DNA of 64,000 nucleotides from Paramoeba atlantica (taxonomy: Eukaryota > Protista > Discosea), in assembly GCA_977017575.1 (NCBI GenBank), contig CDRNVI010000053.1:310001-374000 (forward strand), given 5' to 3'. The translations under genes were made by a program, and so were the position numbers. Under the pieces are notes generated by a model that saw nothing but the letters and a program-made list of their open reading frames with translations, did no database searches and had not been told where the DNA came from. Of this stretch, positions 9,328 to 20,088 are shown piece after piece. The stretch's first letter is position 1. Every line of letters starts with the position of its first letter.

Positions 9328-12300
9328 ATGACCTTGGAAAGGACAGGTTGGGATATTCCAGACACTTTAGATGACTGGCTCCCGAGAATTTTAGAAAATG
9401 GGTGCAGCCAAGAGCAATGTGGAGACATAGTAGGAGATTTCGGCGAAGAAGTGGTCTCTTTATTTCCAAAATTTTTACCGGCGCCAATCAGTATACCTTC
9501 GTGGAATTTGTCAAGTGACAAAGACAAAAACACACGTGAGCACATGTTTTGCGAAACTGCTGAAAGTGTACTGCTTGACTTGTATAAAAACACTGATGAG
9601 GAGCTTTTGCACATCCTTATTAGAATACTTGATAACTACACAAATATTAAGGAGGACACCGAAAAGCGTCATCTCTTGCCAGTCTATATCGCAGAATGCA
9701 CAGAAGCCTTGGGGATTGAGCGGTGCGAACTTGTTGACGCAATTTTCAGATTCCCTGGTGAGATTCTTCTATCTCTTTTGGTAGATTTTATGAAGCTGGA
9801 TGTGTACAGTGATAATACAGAACCAAGCCATTCACGAGGTCCCACAGCACATTTCAAGAGAGGGAAGGAATTGGGCTTTCATACTGAAAGGGCTTTACAT
9901 CGCCGATTAACCTTGAAGGCCAAGGCTTTGCAAGCACTAGAGCAACCCGAAAAATTATTAATTCATGACACCTCTAACTCGGCATCCATAGGTCAAAAGA
10001 AAGTCTTGACAAAAGGAAAAGATCATGTTCGATTTGATTTGCCTGCTCCAACCTCTGCAAATCTTGGAAGAAACCAGTGTTTACCAGTTACTGAATTACC
10101 CGAGTGGACGCGCGATGCCTTCGGGTCTATTACTTATCTGAATACCATTCAAAGTAAAGTATTTTGCACAGCATACGAAACTGACGAGAATATGCTTGTA
10201 TGTGCTCCGACAGGTGCCGGCAAAACACTGATCGCACTTCTTGTTATTCTCCGGCAAATGAAACATAGTCGAAAAATGGATGAAAATTTTCTCAATGATT
10301 TCAAAGTGGTTTATCTAGCTCCCATGAAGGCTCTCGTATCAGAAATGGTTGACAACTTCTCCTCCCGTCTCAAAAGGTATGGGATTGTAGTTAAAGAACT
10401 CACTGGAGATATGCAGCTTACAAAGAAACAAATTGAGGAGACGCAAATAATCGTTTCCACACCCGAGAAGTGGGATGTCATAACAAGGAAAACGTCGGAT
10501 AATCCTTTTTTATCCATTTTGCGCGTTCTAATTTTGGACGAAGTACATCTCCTAAATGATGAGCGTGGTCCCGTACTGGAATCGATTGTTGCGCGCACAT
10601 TACGTCTCGGGGATATTGGGGATGCTGAAGTCCGCATCGCTGCTTTAAGTGCAACATTGCCGAACTACGAAGATGTTGCACGATTCCTGCGCGTTGATTC
10701 CTCGATGCATTTACACGTGTTTGGTCCTGAATACCGTCCTGTACCGTTGAGTACATCGTATATCGGAATTCATTCCTCTCTTCCCGAACAGGAAAAAAGG
10801 CGCGTAATGGAGCGCATCACGTACAGCCATATTTCAGAAGCTCTGTATAAAGGGAAGCAAGTTCTCGTGTTTGTACACGCCAGACGTCACACAGTACTGT
10901 TAGCCAGTCATATTCGCGAAACCTTGCTTGAGAAAAAACAAGAAGGCTTATTTCAAGATGAGACCTTTCTGGATCAAATTGGTAAATGCGTGAAACGACT
11001 ATCTTCTAAAGAGCTACAAGAACTCGCCCTTTATGGCATTGCTTTTCATCATGCTGGAATGCTTCGCACAGATCGCAACGCCGTTGAAGGCTTGTTTCGA
11101 TCAAAGGCACTACGGGTACTGGTCTGTACTGCAACATTGGCTTGGGGTATTAATCTACCTGCGCATACCGTAATTATCCATGGAACTGAAATTTATGATG
11201 CGCAACGAGGGGGATACGTACATCTTTCTGCTCTTGACGTTACTCAAATATTCGGTCGGGCGGGGCGTCCACAATACGATACGACAGGGCATGGTATAAT
11301 CATTACAAGTGAACGGGAAATACATCAATACCTACGGCTGCTGGCGCATTCGCTCCCGATCGAATCAAGACTACATCGATCCCTTCCCGATCATCTCAAT
11401 GCCGAAATTCATGCTGGCACGGTTGGTAACATTCCGGAAGCTGTTCAATGGCTGGAATATACATATTTCTGGCAACGTCTTCAGAAAAATCCTTTAAGGT
11501 ACGGTGTGAACATTTCTGATCTTCGTCGGGACCGCGACTTGACCAAATATAGATATGAATTGATGTCAGGAGCGGCCAAACAACTTGCAAAGTCTCGTAT
11601 GATCCGATACAGTGAAGATACTGGCAAGGTGGACTGTACTGAAGTTGGGCGTATAGCCTCCTATCTCTACTTGAGCTATTCAAGTATAGATATTTTTAAT
11701 AATCTTCTCTCTCAATTTGAACTCGAGAACAAAGCATTTGTGGAAGAGGGAGATGTGTTCAATGTAATTGCTTGTTCAATTGAGTTTTCACAGATACGCG
11801 TACGAATTGAAGAGGAAGTTGATCTACAAAAAATGTACTCGCAGTTGCCAGCGTCTGTCCGACGAATTAGTGTACGACGTGAGAGTGCGGACGATAGCAC
11901 TTCTCAGTGGAAAGTTGTGCTTCTCATGAAATGCTATATATCCAGACTAGTGCCGTCGGAGCACTCAATTGCAAGTGATATGACCTATATCACCCAAAAT
12001 GCAGGACGCGTAGCTCGTGGTCTCTACGAAATAGAGGCTCACAAGGGGCATCCGCATACAGCATTACTTTTTTTCAACATTGTCAAATCATTAGAACGAA
12101 AGTGTTGGGAAGACATTGACCATCCATTGCGGCAGTATGAAAAGGTGCCTCTGACTCAATCAGTAATTCGGTATCTCGACCAGAGGAGACCGAGCATACA
12201 GGATTTAATCGCAATGGGTTCGAACGACATTGGAGATTTGATTCACAATCGTCGGTTAGGAGCGGTGGTAAAGCAAATGGCGTTGCACTTCCCTGCAGTT

Positions 12301-15231
12301 GCAGCTTCGGTTGAAGTCTTTCCTATTACGCGTACAGTTTTGCGCTTAAAGATTACTATCACGCCAAATTTTGTCTGGTCTACTCAATATCACGACGCCA
12401 CAGACAACTGGTGGCTAACGGTTAGCGACGATCAATGCGAGACAATACTGCATCAAGAAACAGTTCGTTTCAATATTCATGATGTCATAAAAGCGAAATC
12501 AATGTATGTGAACTGTACCATTCCTGTTCATCCTGAAAATGAACGATTTCTTGTGAGCATGCATAATGAGAGATGGGTCGGTGCCTCGGAAGTTGTTCCT
12601 TTTACTTTATCCCGGCTTGTTTTGCCCGACGATAAAACGATTCGCACTAAACTCTTGAAGCTTCGTCCCATTGGAGTATACGTGCTTCCATCTAGGTTAC
12701 AGAAGCTCTACGATTTTACTTTCTTTAATTCAATCCAAAGTCAGTGCTTTCATGCGTTCTATCACCAAAATGACAATATCTTTCTGGGAGCTCCAACAGG
12801 TAGTGGGAAAACCGTGTGTGCTGAACTGGCTATGATACAGCTACTTCAAAGCCCTAAACTTCATCGTGGAAAAATAGTTTACATTGCCCCACTCAAGGCT
12901 CTAGTTCGAGAGCGTTTGAAAGACTGGTCAGCTCGATTCGAGAAGAAGTGTCGGTTTTCGGTCATTGAATTAACCGGTGACAAAACGCCGGACCTTGCCG
13001 CGATCCATTCAGCAGATATTATTTGCACCACGCCTGAAAAATGGGACGGAATTACGCGGAGCTGGAAAAGTCGACAGTACACTACGGCAGTCCGACTAGT
13101 TATCTTTGACGAAATTCATATGTTAGGAGGTGATCGAGGGCCTATTCTCGAGGTGCTTGTATCACGTCTTCGGTACATATCTTGGCATCAAAAGAGTGAC
13201 ATTCGACTCATTGGGTTGTCAACTGCAGTTGCTAATCCAACAGATATGGCGTTATGGTTAGGCATAGCGCGGCCGAACCAGATCTTTAATTTTGATCCGA
13301 GTGTCCGCCCGGTTCCAATGCGTTGTCACGTTGCTGGTTTCCCAGGAGTTCATTACTGTCCTAGAATGTCTAGGATGAATAAGCCGACGTACGAAGCAAT
13401 AGTGGAGAAGAGCCCGACGAAGCCAGTACTTGTATTCGTTTCTTCAAGAAGACAAACACGACTTACCTCAATGGCATTAATAAACCACATGTTACAAGAA
13501 GGAAAGAATACATCGTTTTTACGCATGAATTCGAATGAGCTTCGCGCTGCAGTAGGCCGCGCACAGGACTCATACCTTCAACATGGTTTACAATTTGGCG
13601 TTGGCATGCATCACGCGGGGCTGCTCGAATCAGATCGGATTCTGGTTGAAATGCTTTTCCGAAGTGGGAAACTTCAAATTCTTGTGTGCACATCTACGTT
13701 AGCATGGGGCGTCAACTTTCCTGCATATCTAGTAGTAATTAAGGGAACCGAGTATTATGATGCAAAGACGAAATCGTATATTGACTTTCCTATCACTGAT
13801 GTTCTGCAAATGATGGGTCGTGCAGGCAGACCACAGTTTGACAAAGAAGGGATAGCGCAGATCTTTGTAGCCGAATCTAAAAAAACGTTTTACAAACGCT
13901 TCCTTTATGAACCTTTTCCTGTCGAATCATCGCTCCATGAATGCCTGTCCGTTCATTTTAATGCCGAAATAGTAGCAGGAATAATATGCACATCAGAAGA
14001 CGCGGTGGATTATCTGACTTGGACCTATCTTTTCCGTAGATTACTGAGAAATCCTAGATATTATGGGCTGCAGGAATCTAATCCGGAGAACCTAACGAAT
14101 TACTTGGCTGACCTGGTTAGATCAATATTCAATGAGCTGGAAAACTCTTTTTGTATCTGCATGGCAGATTCCACCGAACAGGCTCCATCTCGGTATACTC
14201 TTGCGCATGTGTCGCCTACATTGCTAGGCAAGCTGTGCAGTTATTATTATTTGCATTATCGAACGGGTTCATTATTTGAAACAAATTGCCAGGCTGACAC
14301 ATCCCGAATGTCAATAATAGAAATCGTTTCAAAGTCTGAAGAATTTAAGGATTTTCCTTTGCGCCACAATGAAGATGCACGCAACACTGAACTAGCGGAA
14401 GCAATGAATCTTACTAAAGAAAACTGCGCCTATGATTCTCCTCACATGAAAGTATACTTACTTTTATTAGCTCATATTCAACGAATAACTTTACCAATCG
14501 CCGACTATTATACGGATACCCGAACTATGTTGGAGAATTTGGTGCGCATCATGCAGGCTATGGTAGATATTTGTGCGAAAAATGCTCTTTTATTCACAGC
14601 AATGCGCGTGATGAACATAATGCAAAGCGTCGTACAAGCACAGACATGGAAAAGTAGCAGCCTATTACAAGTTCCACATATTAAAAAGGAAATTTTATCG
14701 AATTTAAAGGCAGAAGGCATTTCAGAAATATGTCAGCTTGCCAACGGTACTTCGGCTGAAAAACGGATCGTTCGCTCCATTTTGTCAAAAAGAACCTACA
14801 AACTATCATCTGAACAAATAGATGAAAGTATGGAAGTCATAAACCGTCTCCCTCTGCTGGAGGTGTTCCTTAAGAGTGATACTCAAGTGGACGATGGAGT
14901 ATGCACCGTTACCTTAGACGTTACCCTTTTTCGTTTAACTCCTACACATCCCCACGTACATGCTCCGCACTATCCTCGAAAGAAGTATGAACAATTTTGG
15001 GCTATTGTTGGGTGTGATCAAACGGGCGAACTTATTGCTTTGAAGCATGTTCATCGAATACGGCGGCGGCGCCACTTTCAACTTGTCTTTGATTGGGATG
15101 AGAGTTGGGATCAAACTTTTGTTATTGGGGATGAGCTAATTCACAAATATAGACTGTATTTCTATCTTATTTCAGACTCCTACATTGGACTGGACTTGCA
15201 ATACGGTTTCGAAGTGACACGTCTTTCGTAG
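9328..15231 (+). CDS. ASCC3: ASCC3/Slh1 Ski2-like helicase with two helicase-Sec63 cassettes
   Basis: APTGAGKT/DEVH and APTGSGKT/DEIH; HYCPRMSRMNKP and DFPITDVLQMMGRAGRPQFD favour Slh1/ASCC3 over Brr2; first ATG 9328. Confidence 0.9.
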   Translation: MTLERTGWDIPDTLDDWLPRILENGCSQEQCGDIVGDFGEEVVSLFPKFLPAPISIPSWNLSSDKDKNTREHMFCETAESVLLDLYKNTDEELLHILIRILDNYTNIKEDTEKRHLLPVYIAECTEALGIERCELVDAIFRFPGEILLSLLVDFMKLDVYSDNTEPSHSRGPTAHFKRGKELGFHTERALHRRLTLKAKALQALEQPEKLLIHDTSNSASIGQKKVLTKGKDHVRFDLPAPTSANLGRNQCLPVTELPEWTRDAFGSITYLNTIQSKVFCTAYETDENMLVCAPTGAGKTLIALLVILRQMKHSRKMDENFLNDFKVVYLAPMKALVSEMVDNFSSRLKRYGIVVKELTGDMQLTKKQIEETQIIVSTPEKWDVITRKTSDNPFLSILRVLILDEVHLLNDERGPVLESIVARTLRLGDIGDAEVRIAALSATLPNYEDVARFLRVDSSMHLHVFGPEYRPVPLSTSYIGIHSSLPEQEKRRVMERITYSHISEALYKGKQVLVFVHARRHTVLLASHIRETLLEKKQEGLFQDETFLDQIGKCVKRLSSKELQELALYGIAFHHAGMLRTDRNAVEGLFRSKALRVLVCTATLAWGINLPAHTVIIHGTEIYDAQRGGYVHLSALDVTQIFGRAGRPQYDTTGHGIIITSEREIHQYLRLLAHSLPIESRLHRSLPDHLNAEIHAGTVGNIPEAVQWLEYTYFWQRLQKNPLRYGVNISDLRRDRDLTKYRYELMSGAAKQLAKSRMIRYSEDTGKVDCTEVGRIASYLYLSYSSIDIFNNLLSQFELENKAFVEEGDVFNVIACSIEFSQIRVRIEEEVDLQKMYSQLPASVRRISVRRESADDSTSQWKVVLLMKCYISRLVPSEHSIASDMTYITQNAGRVARGLYEIEAHKGHPHTALLFFNIVKSLERKCWEDIDHPLRQYEKVPLTQSVIRYLDQRRPSIQDLIAMGSNDIGDLIHNRRLGAVVKQMALHFPAVAASVEVFPITRTVLRLKITITPNFVWSTQYHDATDNWWLTVSDDQCETILHQETVRFNIHDVIKAKSMYVNCTIPVHPENERFLVSMHNERWVGASEVVPFTLSRLVLPDDKTIRTKLLKLRPIGVYVLPSRLQKLYDFTFFNSIQSQCFHAFYHQNDNIFLGAPTGSGKTVCAELAMIQLLQSPKLHRGKIVYIAPLKALVRERLKDWSARFEKKCRFSVIELTGDKTPDLAAIHSADIICTTPEKWDGITRSWKSRQYTTAVRLVIFDEIHMLGGDRGPILEVLVSRLRYISWHQKSDIRLIGLSTAVANPTDMALWLGIARPNQIFNFDPSVRPVPMRCHVAGFPGVHYCPRMSRMNKPTYEAIVEKSPTKPVLVFVSSRRQTRLTSMALINHMLQEGKNTSFLRMNSNELRAAVGRAQDSYLQHGLQFGVGMHHAGLLESDRILVEMLFRSGKLQILVCTSTLAWGVNFPAYLVVIKGTEYYDAKTKSYIDFPITDVLQMMGRAGRPQFDKEGIAQIFVAESKKTFYKRFLYEPFPVESSLHECLSVHFNAEIVAGIICTSEDAVDYLTWTYLFRRLLRNPRYYGLQESNPENLTNYLADLVRSIFNELENSFCICMADSTEQAPSRYTLAHVSPTLLGKLCSYYYLHYRTGSLFETNCQADTSRMSIIEIVSKSEEFKDFPLRHNEDARNTELAEAMNLTKENCAYDSPHMKVYLLLLAHIQRITLPIADYYTDTRTMLENLVRIMQAMVDICAKNALLFTAMRVMNIMQSVVQAQTWKSSSLLQVPHIKKEILSNLKAEGISEICQLANGTSAEKRIVRSILSKRTYKLSSEQIDESMEVINRLPLLEVFLKSDTQVDDGVCTVTLDVTLFRLTPTHPHVHAPHYPRKKYEQFWAIVGCDQTGELIALKHVHRIRRRRHFQLVFDWDESWDQTFVIGDELIHKYRLYFYLISDSYIGLDLQYGFEVTRLS

Positions 15232-15449
15232 TTACTTAAGTATCTGCTGAGATCATCTCAAAAGTTTCACTATACCCTCCACTTACTTGTATTTATCAGT
15301 TTTTTGAGTCGGCAGCCGCCACACGACGGTCTTCTCGGAATTCAAATTCCCCCTGTCCATGTGTGGCAAAGTAGTGCGAAGTGCTTTTTTAACTCATAGA
15401 TTAAAATCTTAAACATTAAATGTCATAACAAATATCAAGTGCGCAGTGT

Positions 15450-16328
15450 ATGTCCTTAAAAATATGGAACCTTGGTCAAATTGACTACGTACGCACTTAC
15501 AGGTTACAAAAAATTCTAACTCGTTATCGCAAGCGACCCTACAATGAATTAGGTGACGAAGTGAAGCAACTCAATGTAGTACCTTCATCTTTTAGCCTTC
15601 CCCCACCTGATACCGATATTCTGCTTTTATGCGAGCACAACCCCGGTGTCTACACTACAGGAAAACGAGATCGTTCTTCGGATCTAGAAAAGGCGGGGTG
15701 CTTCATACCTACACGTGGACTAAATCAAATCCATCACGCATCTGAATACGATGACCTGTCATGCATTGGACACATCTCACTTAATAAAAATGCATCGACT
15801 CCCGTGCTTCGCACTGCCAGAGGGGGTGGGGCATGTTATCACGGTTCAGGACAGCTTATGGCGTACCACATAGCGAATATACAAAGTCTACATTCCAAGT
15901 GTAGGGAAAGGCATACCCAGGCGAGCCCACTGCGATGGTACATAAATAGTCTTGAGGACGTCATCATTGAAGTCGGACAGAGGTATGAAGTTGATCATTT
16001 TCTGTCTCGCCGAAAGGAGACAGCCGGGCTATGGAGTCCCTGGGGCAAAGTTGCGTTTATTGGACTTCAACTCTCGCAGTGGGTCTCAATGCATGGACTT
16101 AGTCTGAATGTTACGGTGGAGTGCGAACGACCGCTGTCTTTGATTACGTTTTGTGAGCAGCAGGATAATGTTCCGAGCTCCATCGAGTCCTTGTTAAAGC
16201 ATAAAGATGGTGTAGCGCACTGTCCTCCCACTGTATCACACTCAATGTCAGTTTTTTGCAAGGCGTTTGTAAGAAATTTCGGCTACCAAGTAGAAATGCG
16301 GAATTTAGAGTCAACGCATTTGTGGTGA
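15450..16328 (+). CDS. LIPT2: Octanoyltransferase (LipB/LIPT2)
   Basis: LLLCEHNPGVYTTGKR, RTARGGGACYHGSGQLMAY, KVAFIGL, VSMHGLSLNV. Confidence 0.9.
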   Translation: MSLKIWNLGQIDYVRTYRLQKILTRYRKRPYNELGDEVKQLNVVPSSFSLPPPDTDILLLCEHNPGVYTTGKRDRSSDLEKAGCFIPTRGLNQIHHASEYDDLSCIGHISLNKNASTPVLRTARGGGACYHGSGQLMAYHIANIQSLHSKCRERHTQASPLRWYINSLEDVIIEVGQRYEVDHFLSRRKETAGLWSPWGKVAFIGLQLSQWVSMHGLSLNVTVECERPLSLITFCEQQDNVPSSIESLLKHKDGVAHCPPTVSHSMSVFCKAFVRNFGYQVEMRNLESTHLW

Positions 16329-16538
16329 TTGACCTTTAAATGAAGAACTTCCAGGGATATTATGAGAAATTACACGTAGACCCGTGCGTATTACTCCACT
16401 TTCCACTGTATACCCATGGATAGACGAATATTGCGTTGAAGTGAGACAGTGCTGGTTTTTTTCATTGGGCGGACAAAACTTTCCTTCATGCCCTATGCCG
16501 TCGCATATGAAACACTTGAGAGTGGGGTACTTCGACAT
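16311..16538 (-). pseudogene. Short antisense ORF with a CCHC zinc knuckle; possible retroelement gag relic
   Basis: CFICDGIGHEGKFC = CX2CX4HX4C; in-frame TGA nine codons upstream of the ATG; no RT/integrase nearby. Confidence 0.4.
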
Positions 16539-16721
16539 AGACTTGAGAATCCGATAGTATCCTCAAGAATAGTTCCTTTCTGCCTGGAATTGTGACCGAC
16601 GAAATCATATTTCTTTCTCCTTCGTTTTCTTGTCTGTTCATAGTCTTTTAATGGTGAGATAAACTAAAAGTTTAAAAGATAAACTAAAAGAGGGAAATTT
16701 TATTTGTTATTATTTGTTTAT

Positions 16722-16902
16722 TACTATCCCCCGTATTACTATCCTAGCGTTGCCTGGTTTTGAGAAAAAGCAACGCTAGGAGGGGGGGTCCAAAAACAAA
16801 TCGCCGCTTCGCGGCAAGAGAGTCTTGAAGAGACAGTCTAAAAAGCAACGCTAATGAGGGGGGGGGGGTACTGAGGCAACGCTAGGATAGGGGGGGATAG
16901 TA
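16722..16902. mobile_element. MITE-like element, family A, copy 1
   Basis: Outer inverted repeats TACTATCCCCC (16722-16732) / GGGGGATAGTA (16892-16902); four TAGCGTTGC/GCAACGCTA boxes; central GCCGCTTCGCGGC hairpin; colinear with 56190-56338 in reverse orientation. Confidence 0.8.
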
Positions 16903-17195
16903 TTTGGTTCGACGAGCGAGTAATGCATTCATTCGAAGCAAAATTTAGTTTTTGCGCACTCATGCTTGCATTTTTGAAGCGACCCCTTCATTTACGCTTC
17001 CAAACAACTCAATTTCTTCTTCAAATTTTCGGAGTTTGGATCTAACTATATTCAATATTTGAAATAACTCCCACTTATATTTTGTTTGGCCGAAACCCAG
17101 GGCACCGCTATACACGCTATAGGCGTTTCTTATTTTTTTCTTCGTTTATTTTTTATTTTGATCATCACAAAAAGTATGGTAAACGATATACTATC

Positions 17196-17891
17196 ATGGC
17201 ATACCTAAACACATGTAGTTCTCACTCTGTGAGGGGTTCCGATGAACCGCAAGCGGTGCGACGTGGACGGGTTGAACGCAATATTCTCCCCCAAGAGTAC
17301 GAACTTGCAAGCTTGATTCGCGATGTGCAGAACCCGGATCCTAGCTGGACGACGCACACCAAGGCGTGTGACTGGCAAGGGATTACGTGTGAGGAAGCTT
17401 CTCCTGCAAATCTTCAAGTCACTGGGGTGAAGTGGCGTGGATACGGTCTGAAAGGGACGATTCATTGGCCTAGCATACCCATCACTACGCGGTCGTTTGA
17501 TCTTAGCTCCAGTTTCGTAACGTTTCAATTTAATCGACTCGAGGGGGAGGTGGACTTGACGGTACTACCGCACGAACTGCAAGTGCTTGAGCTTTATTAC
17601 TGTCAGTTTAGTGGGACAGTAGATCTTACCGCTTTACCCTTAGAGCTTATCGATCTGGATCTGCGCGGAAACAAATTTATCGGGGAAGTTGACTTCACGC
17701 GACTGCCACCTAAATTAAAAATTCTTCGTTTGTGCTACAATAAGTTCAAGGGTGAGGCCGATTTTCGCGATCTCCCGCCGACCGTTGATGTGCTCTCGAT
17801 CTTTCAAACCGAGCTGGAACCACTAAAGGGATTCGTCCCGGACCGTGTTCAAAGGACCATCTCATACCGTAGTACCGTAGCACCGCAGTAA
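17196..17891 (+). CDS. Leucine-rich repeat protein (LDLTxLP-type repeats)
   Basis: CDWQGITC cap, then repeats LEGEVDLTVLP, FSGTVDLTALP, FIGEVDFTRLP, FKGEADFRDLP; first ATG 17196. Confidence 0.88.
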   Translation: MAYLNTCSSHSVRGSDEPQAVRRGRVERNILPQEYELASLIRDVQNPDPSWTTHTKACDWQGITCEEASPANLQVTGVKWRGYGLKGTIHWPSIPITTRSFDLSSSFVTFQFNRLEGEVDLTVLPHELQVLELYYCQFSGTVDLTALPLELIDLDLRGNKFIGEVDFTRLPPKLKILRLCYNKFKGEADFRDLPPTVDVLSIFQTELEPLKGFVPDRVQRTISYRSTVAPQ

Positions 17892-18132
17892 AGTACATTT
17901 CACTGAGAAATGCTCTAACTCCTATTACATTGTGGCATAATTTTACAGATCATATTTTTAAATCACGCGAAAGTAAGGAAGATTAGCTAGTTTTTTGAAA
18001 TCGTCTCAATCGCTTTTTGTATTATCTCTTTGCATAGAAAGCATTTAATTTTGTCACGTTACGAAAATTTGGCGAAGCCTCCAACTTTTGTGCTTATTTT
18101 ATTGCTTATTATACATTTCGCTTTTTAGAGGA

Positions 18133-19833
18133 ATGGATGGGGCTCCAAATCCTTTTCAGGAAAACCGTCTTCCACCACCCCCAAGTGATACAATAACATT
18201 AGGAGAAGTTGGAGGCGTATTATATCAAACATCAGCTACGGACTCCAGGGATTCACAACTCATCACTTTTAAACAAAATCGAGGACGATACTTTCCCTTG
18301 TTGCACTGCTCTTTCGATCTGTTGAGCACAGTTCACAAACTTTCGAAAACGACTTCCTGCACAGTAAATGACAATAGAAGCTTACCCAACATTTTTGATG
18401 GTACCAGTATTTTTGACTTCAATAAAGCGCTTTGTAGGAATATGCAAGCGATAACGAACAGTGCGCTACTGAAGCTACGCCATGCGGCAGATACTTCCCT
18501 GCTGTTCTCACCCCTTCATTTCTTTCTCAGGCCTGTGCTACCCCCGGACGTCGAGCGTGGCATCTATCAATCTAATAAGACGAAGCAACTTCGATCTGGT
18601 CCGACACGAGTGGTGAAGTCAATTGCGTGGCACTCCTCCGGTATTTTGGCAGTATTGGTAAATTCTTTGCATGATACGGACACAGATAATGGAGCCGTCT
18701 CGAATCGAAGCTCTAGTACACCATGTACCGTGTTACTTGTGTCGCTGGATGACTTATCCGCGGAAGCCAGAGGTATTTCTGCAATCTCGATGGGGGATGA
18801 CAAAATTTCGACGGGCGATCTTTCTTTTCGCGAACTCGCGCATGAATTTCAAACCGGGTGCCACGCTCTGGCTTGGGTTCCGGACAGCACCCCCGTACTT
18901 GCCGTAAGTTGCCGCGGCGGTATACTACTGTGGTCCACAGAGCTCAACTTATCCCACCTCGTCCCCGGGGCTATGCCCGTTCCCCGTACCTCATCCCACG
19001 CTTCACATTTCACCGCGAGTGGGGTTGCCGTATTCTACGCGTTCCCCGACACCCACGCTGAGATTTCAGTTCTGAGCTTTACACCCCAGGGTGGGCGGTA
19101 CCTCGCTGCGGCCAGTGCGTCGAGCTGCACAACCGTTATTTACGACATCTCCCATGCCCCGTGTAGTGCTGGGGCGATGGTGCGTAGTCTCCGTACCTTA
19201 CGTGGGGCCCCGCACAGTTTGTCATGGTCCCCTGAGGGTACGCTATTCGCGATGGGATTTACCCACCGAGCGGAGCTCCTGGTGTATCAAACCAACAAGT
19301 GGTGCTCCACTTCGTACGCTTTTCCCGGGGCAGTGCGTAAACTGCAGTGGGCGGTGTTCGACGATGGTCGGACAACATTACTCGTGTCCTGTACCAGCAG
19401 CAGCGCCTTGTATTTTCTAAGTTTTCCGAAACCAGTGTCCAATGCCGGGGTGATTACTAAGGTGATTTCCTGTGATCCGTACATTGCGCGAGATCGGATC
19501 TCCGGGAAGCCATGTTACGTAGGTGCGGATCTGTCTTCGACAGTTCCCGAAAGATCGCACCAAGCGTGCCTTTTGGCGTGGTCACTGTCGAGGTCGCTGC
19601 AGAGACTGTGTGGGGGGTTGGAGGATGGTCATATTGAGGCATTTCGGCACGATGGAGCACGAGGGTTTTCCCCGATTGGTGTGATTCGGGCTCACCCCGA
19701 TGTACCGGGGGGAGTTCGTATTCAACAAATGGAATTTGTAAGCACAGACTGGGGAGAAGTGCTCTCTGTATTGTGGGATGACAGTTCCATCACATTTACG
19801 TCCTTCATGATGCGTCACGGCAGTGGTTATTAG
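18133..19833 (+). CDS. AAAS: Aladin-like WD40 nucleoporin
   Basis: VKSIAWH, LAHEFQTGCHALAWVP..TPVLAVSCRGGILLW, LSWSPEG resemble Aladin; first ATG 18133. Confidence 0.65.
   Translation: MDGAPNPFQENRLPPPPSDTITLGEVGGVLYQTSATDSRDSQLITFKQNRGRYFPLLHCSFDLLSTVHKLSKTTSCTVNDNRSLPNIFDGTSIFDFNKALCRNMQAITNSALLKLRHAADTSLLFSPLHFFLRPVLPPDVERGIYQSNKTKQLRSGPTRVVKSIAWHSSGILAVLVNSLHDTDTDNGAVSNRSSSTPCTVLLVSLDDLSAEARGISAISMGDDKISTGDLSFRELAHEFQTGCHALAWVPDSTPVLAVSCRGGILLWSTELNLSHLVPGAMPVPRTSSHASHFTASGVAVFYAFPDTHAEISVLSFTPQGGRYLAAASASSCTTVIYDISHAPCSAGAMVRSLRTLRGAPHSLSWSPEGTLFAMGFTHRAELLVYQTNKWCSTSYAFPGAVRKLQWAVFDDGRTTLLVSCTSSSALYFLSFPKPVSNAGVITKVISCDPYIARDRISGKPCYVGADLSSTVPERSHQACLLAWSLSRSLQRLCGGLEDGHIEAFRHDGARGFSPIGVIRAHPDVPGGVRIQQMEFVSTDWGEVLSVLWDDSSITFTSFMMRHGSGY
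18880..19720. other. Weaker GC-skew inversion island 2, inside the Aladin gene
   Basis: C-runs 18880-19100, G-runs 19600-19720; GC visibly above the flanks. Confidence 0.5.
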
Positions 19834-20088
19834 GATTGTAGTTTCAGGTCTGCGCTTGAAGTAGCGTAGTAGGTTTTGACAACAATGTCATTCTTTAGAT
19901 GGTCCACCCTTTATTTAGAAAAACGTGGAGTCCGTTTATGTCAACCGATAAATTATATTTCGAGGTCGTTTAGCGCACATATTTTCTTGGATATAACTAT
20001 ACGACTTCAAAGTTTGACTATCAATTTCAGTAGCTAGATATTTTGCAAGTGAAACGCTCAGTAGGATATTAAAAGGAAACTACACTTC

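Noticed and set aside
16740-16890. Repeated boxes with spacers resembling a CRISPR array
   Set aside because: 9-bp boxes in mixed orientation, eukaryotic context, no cas genes; explained as TIR-element subterminal motifs
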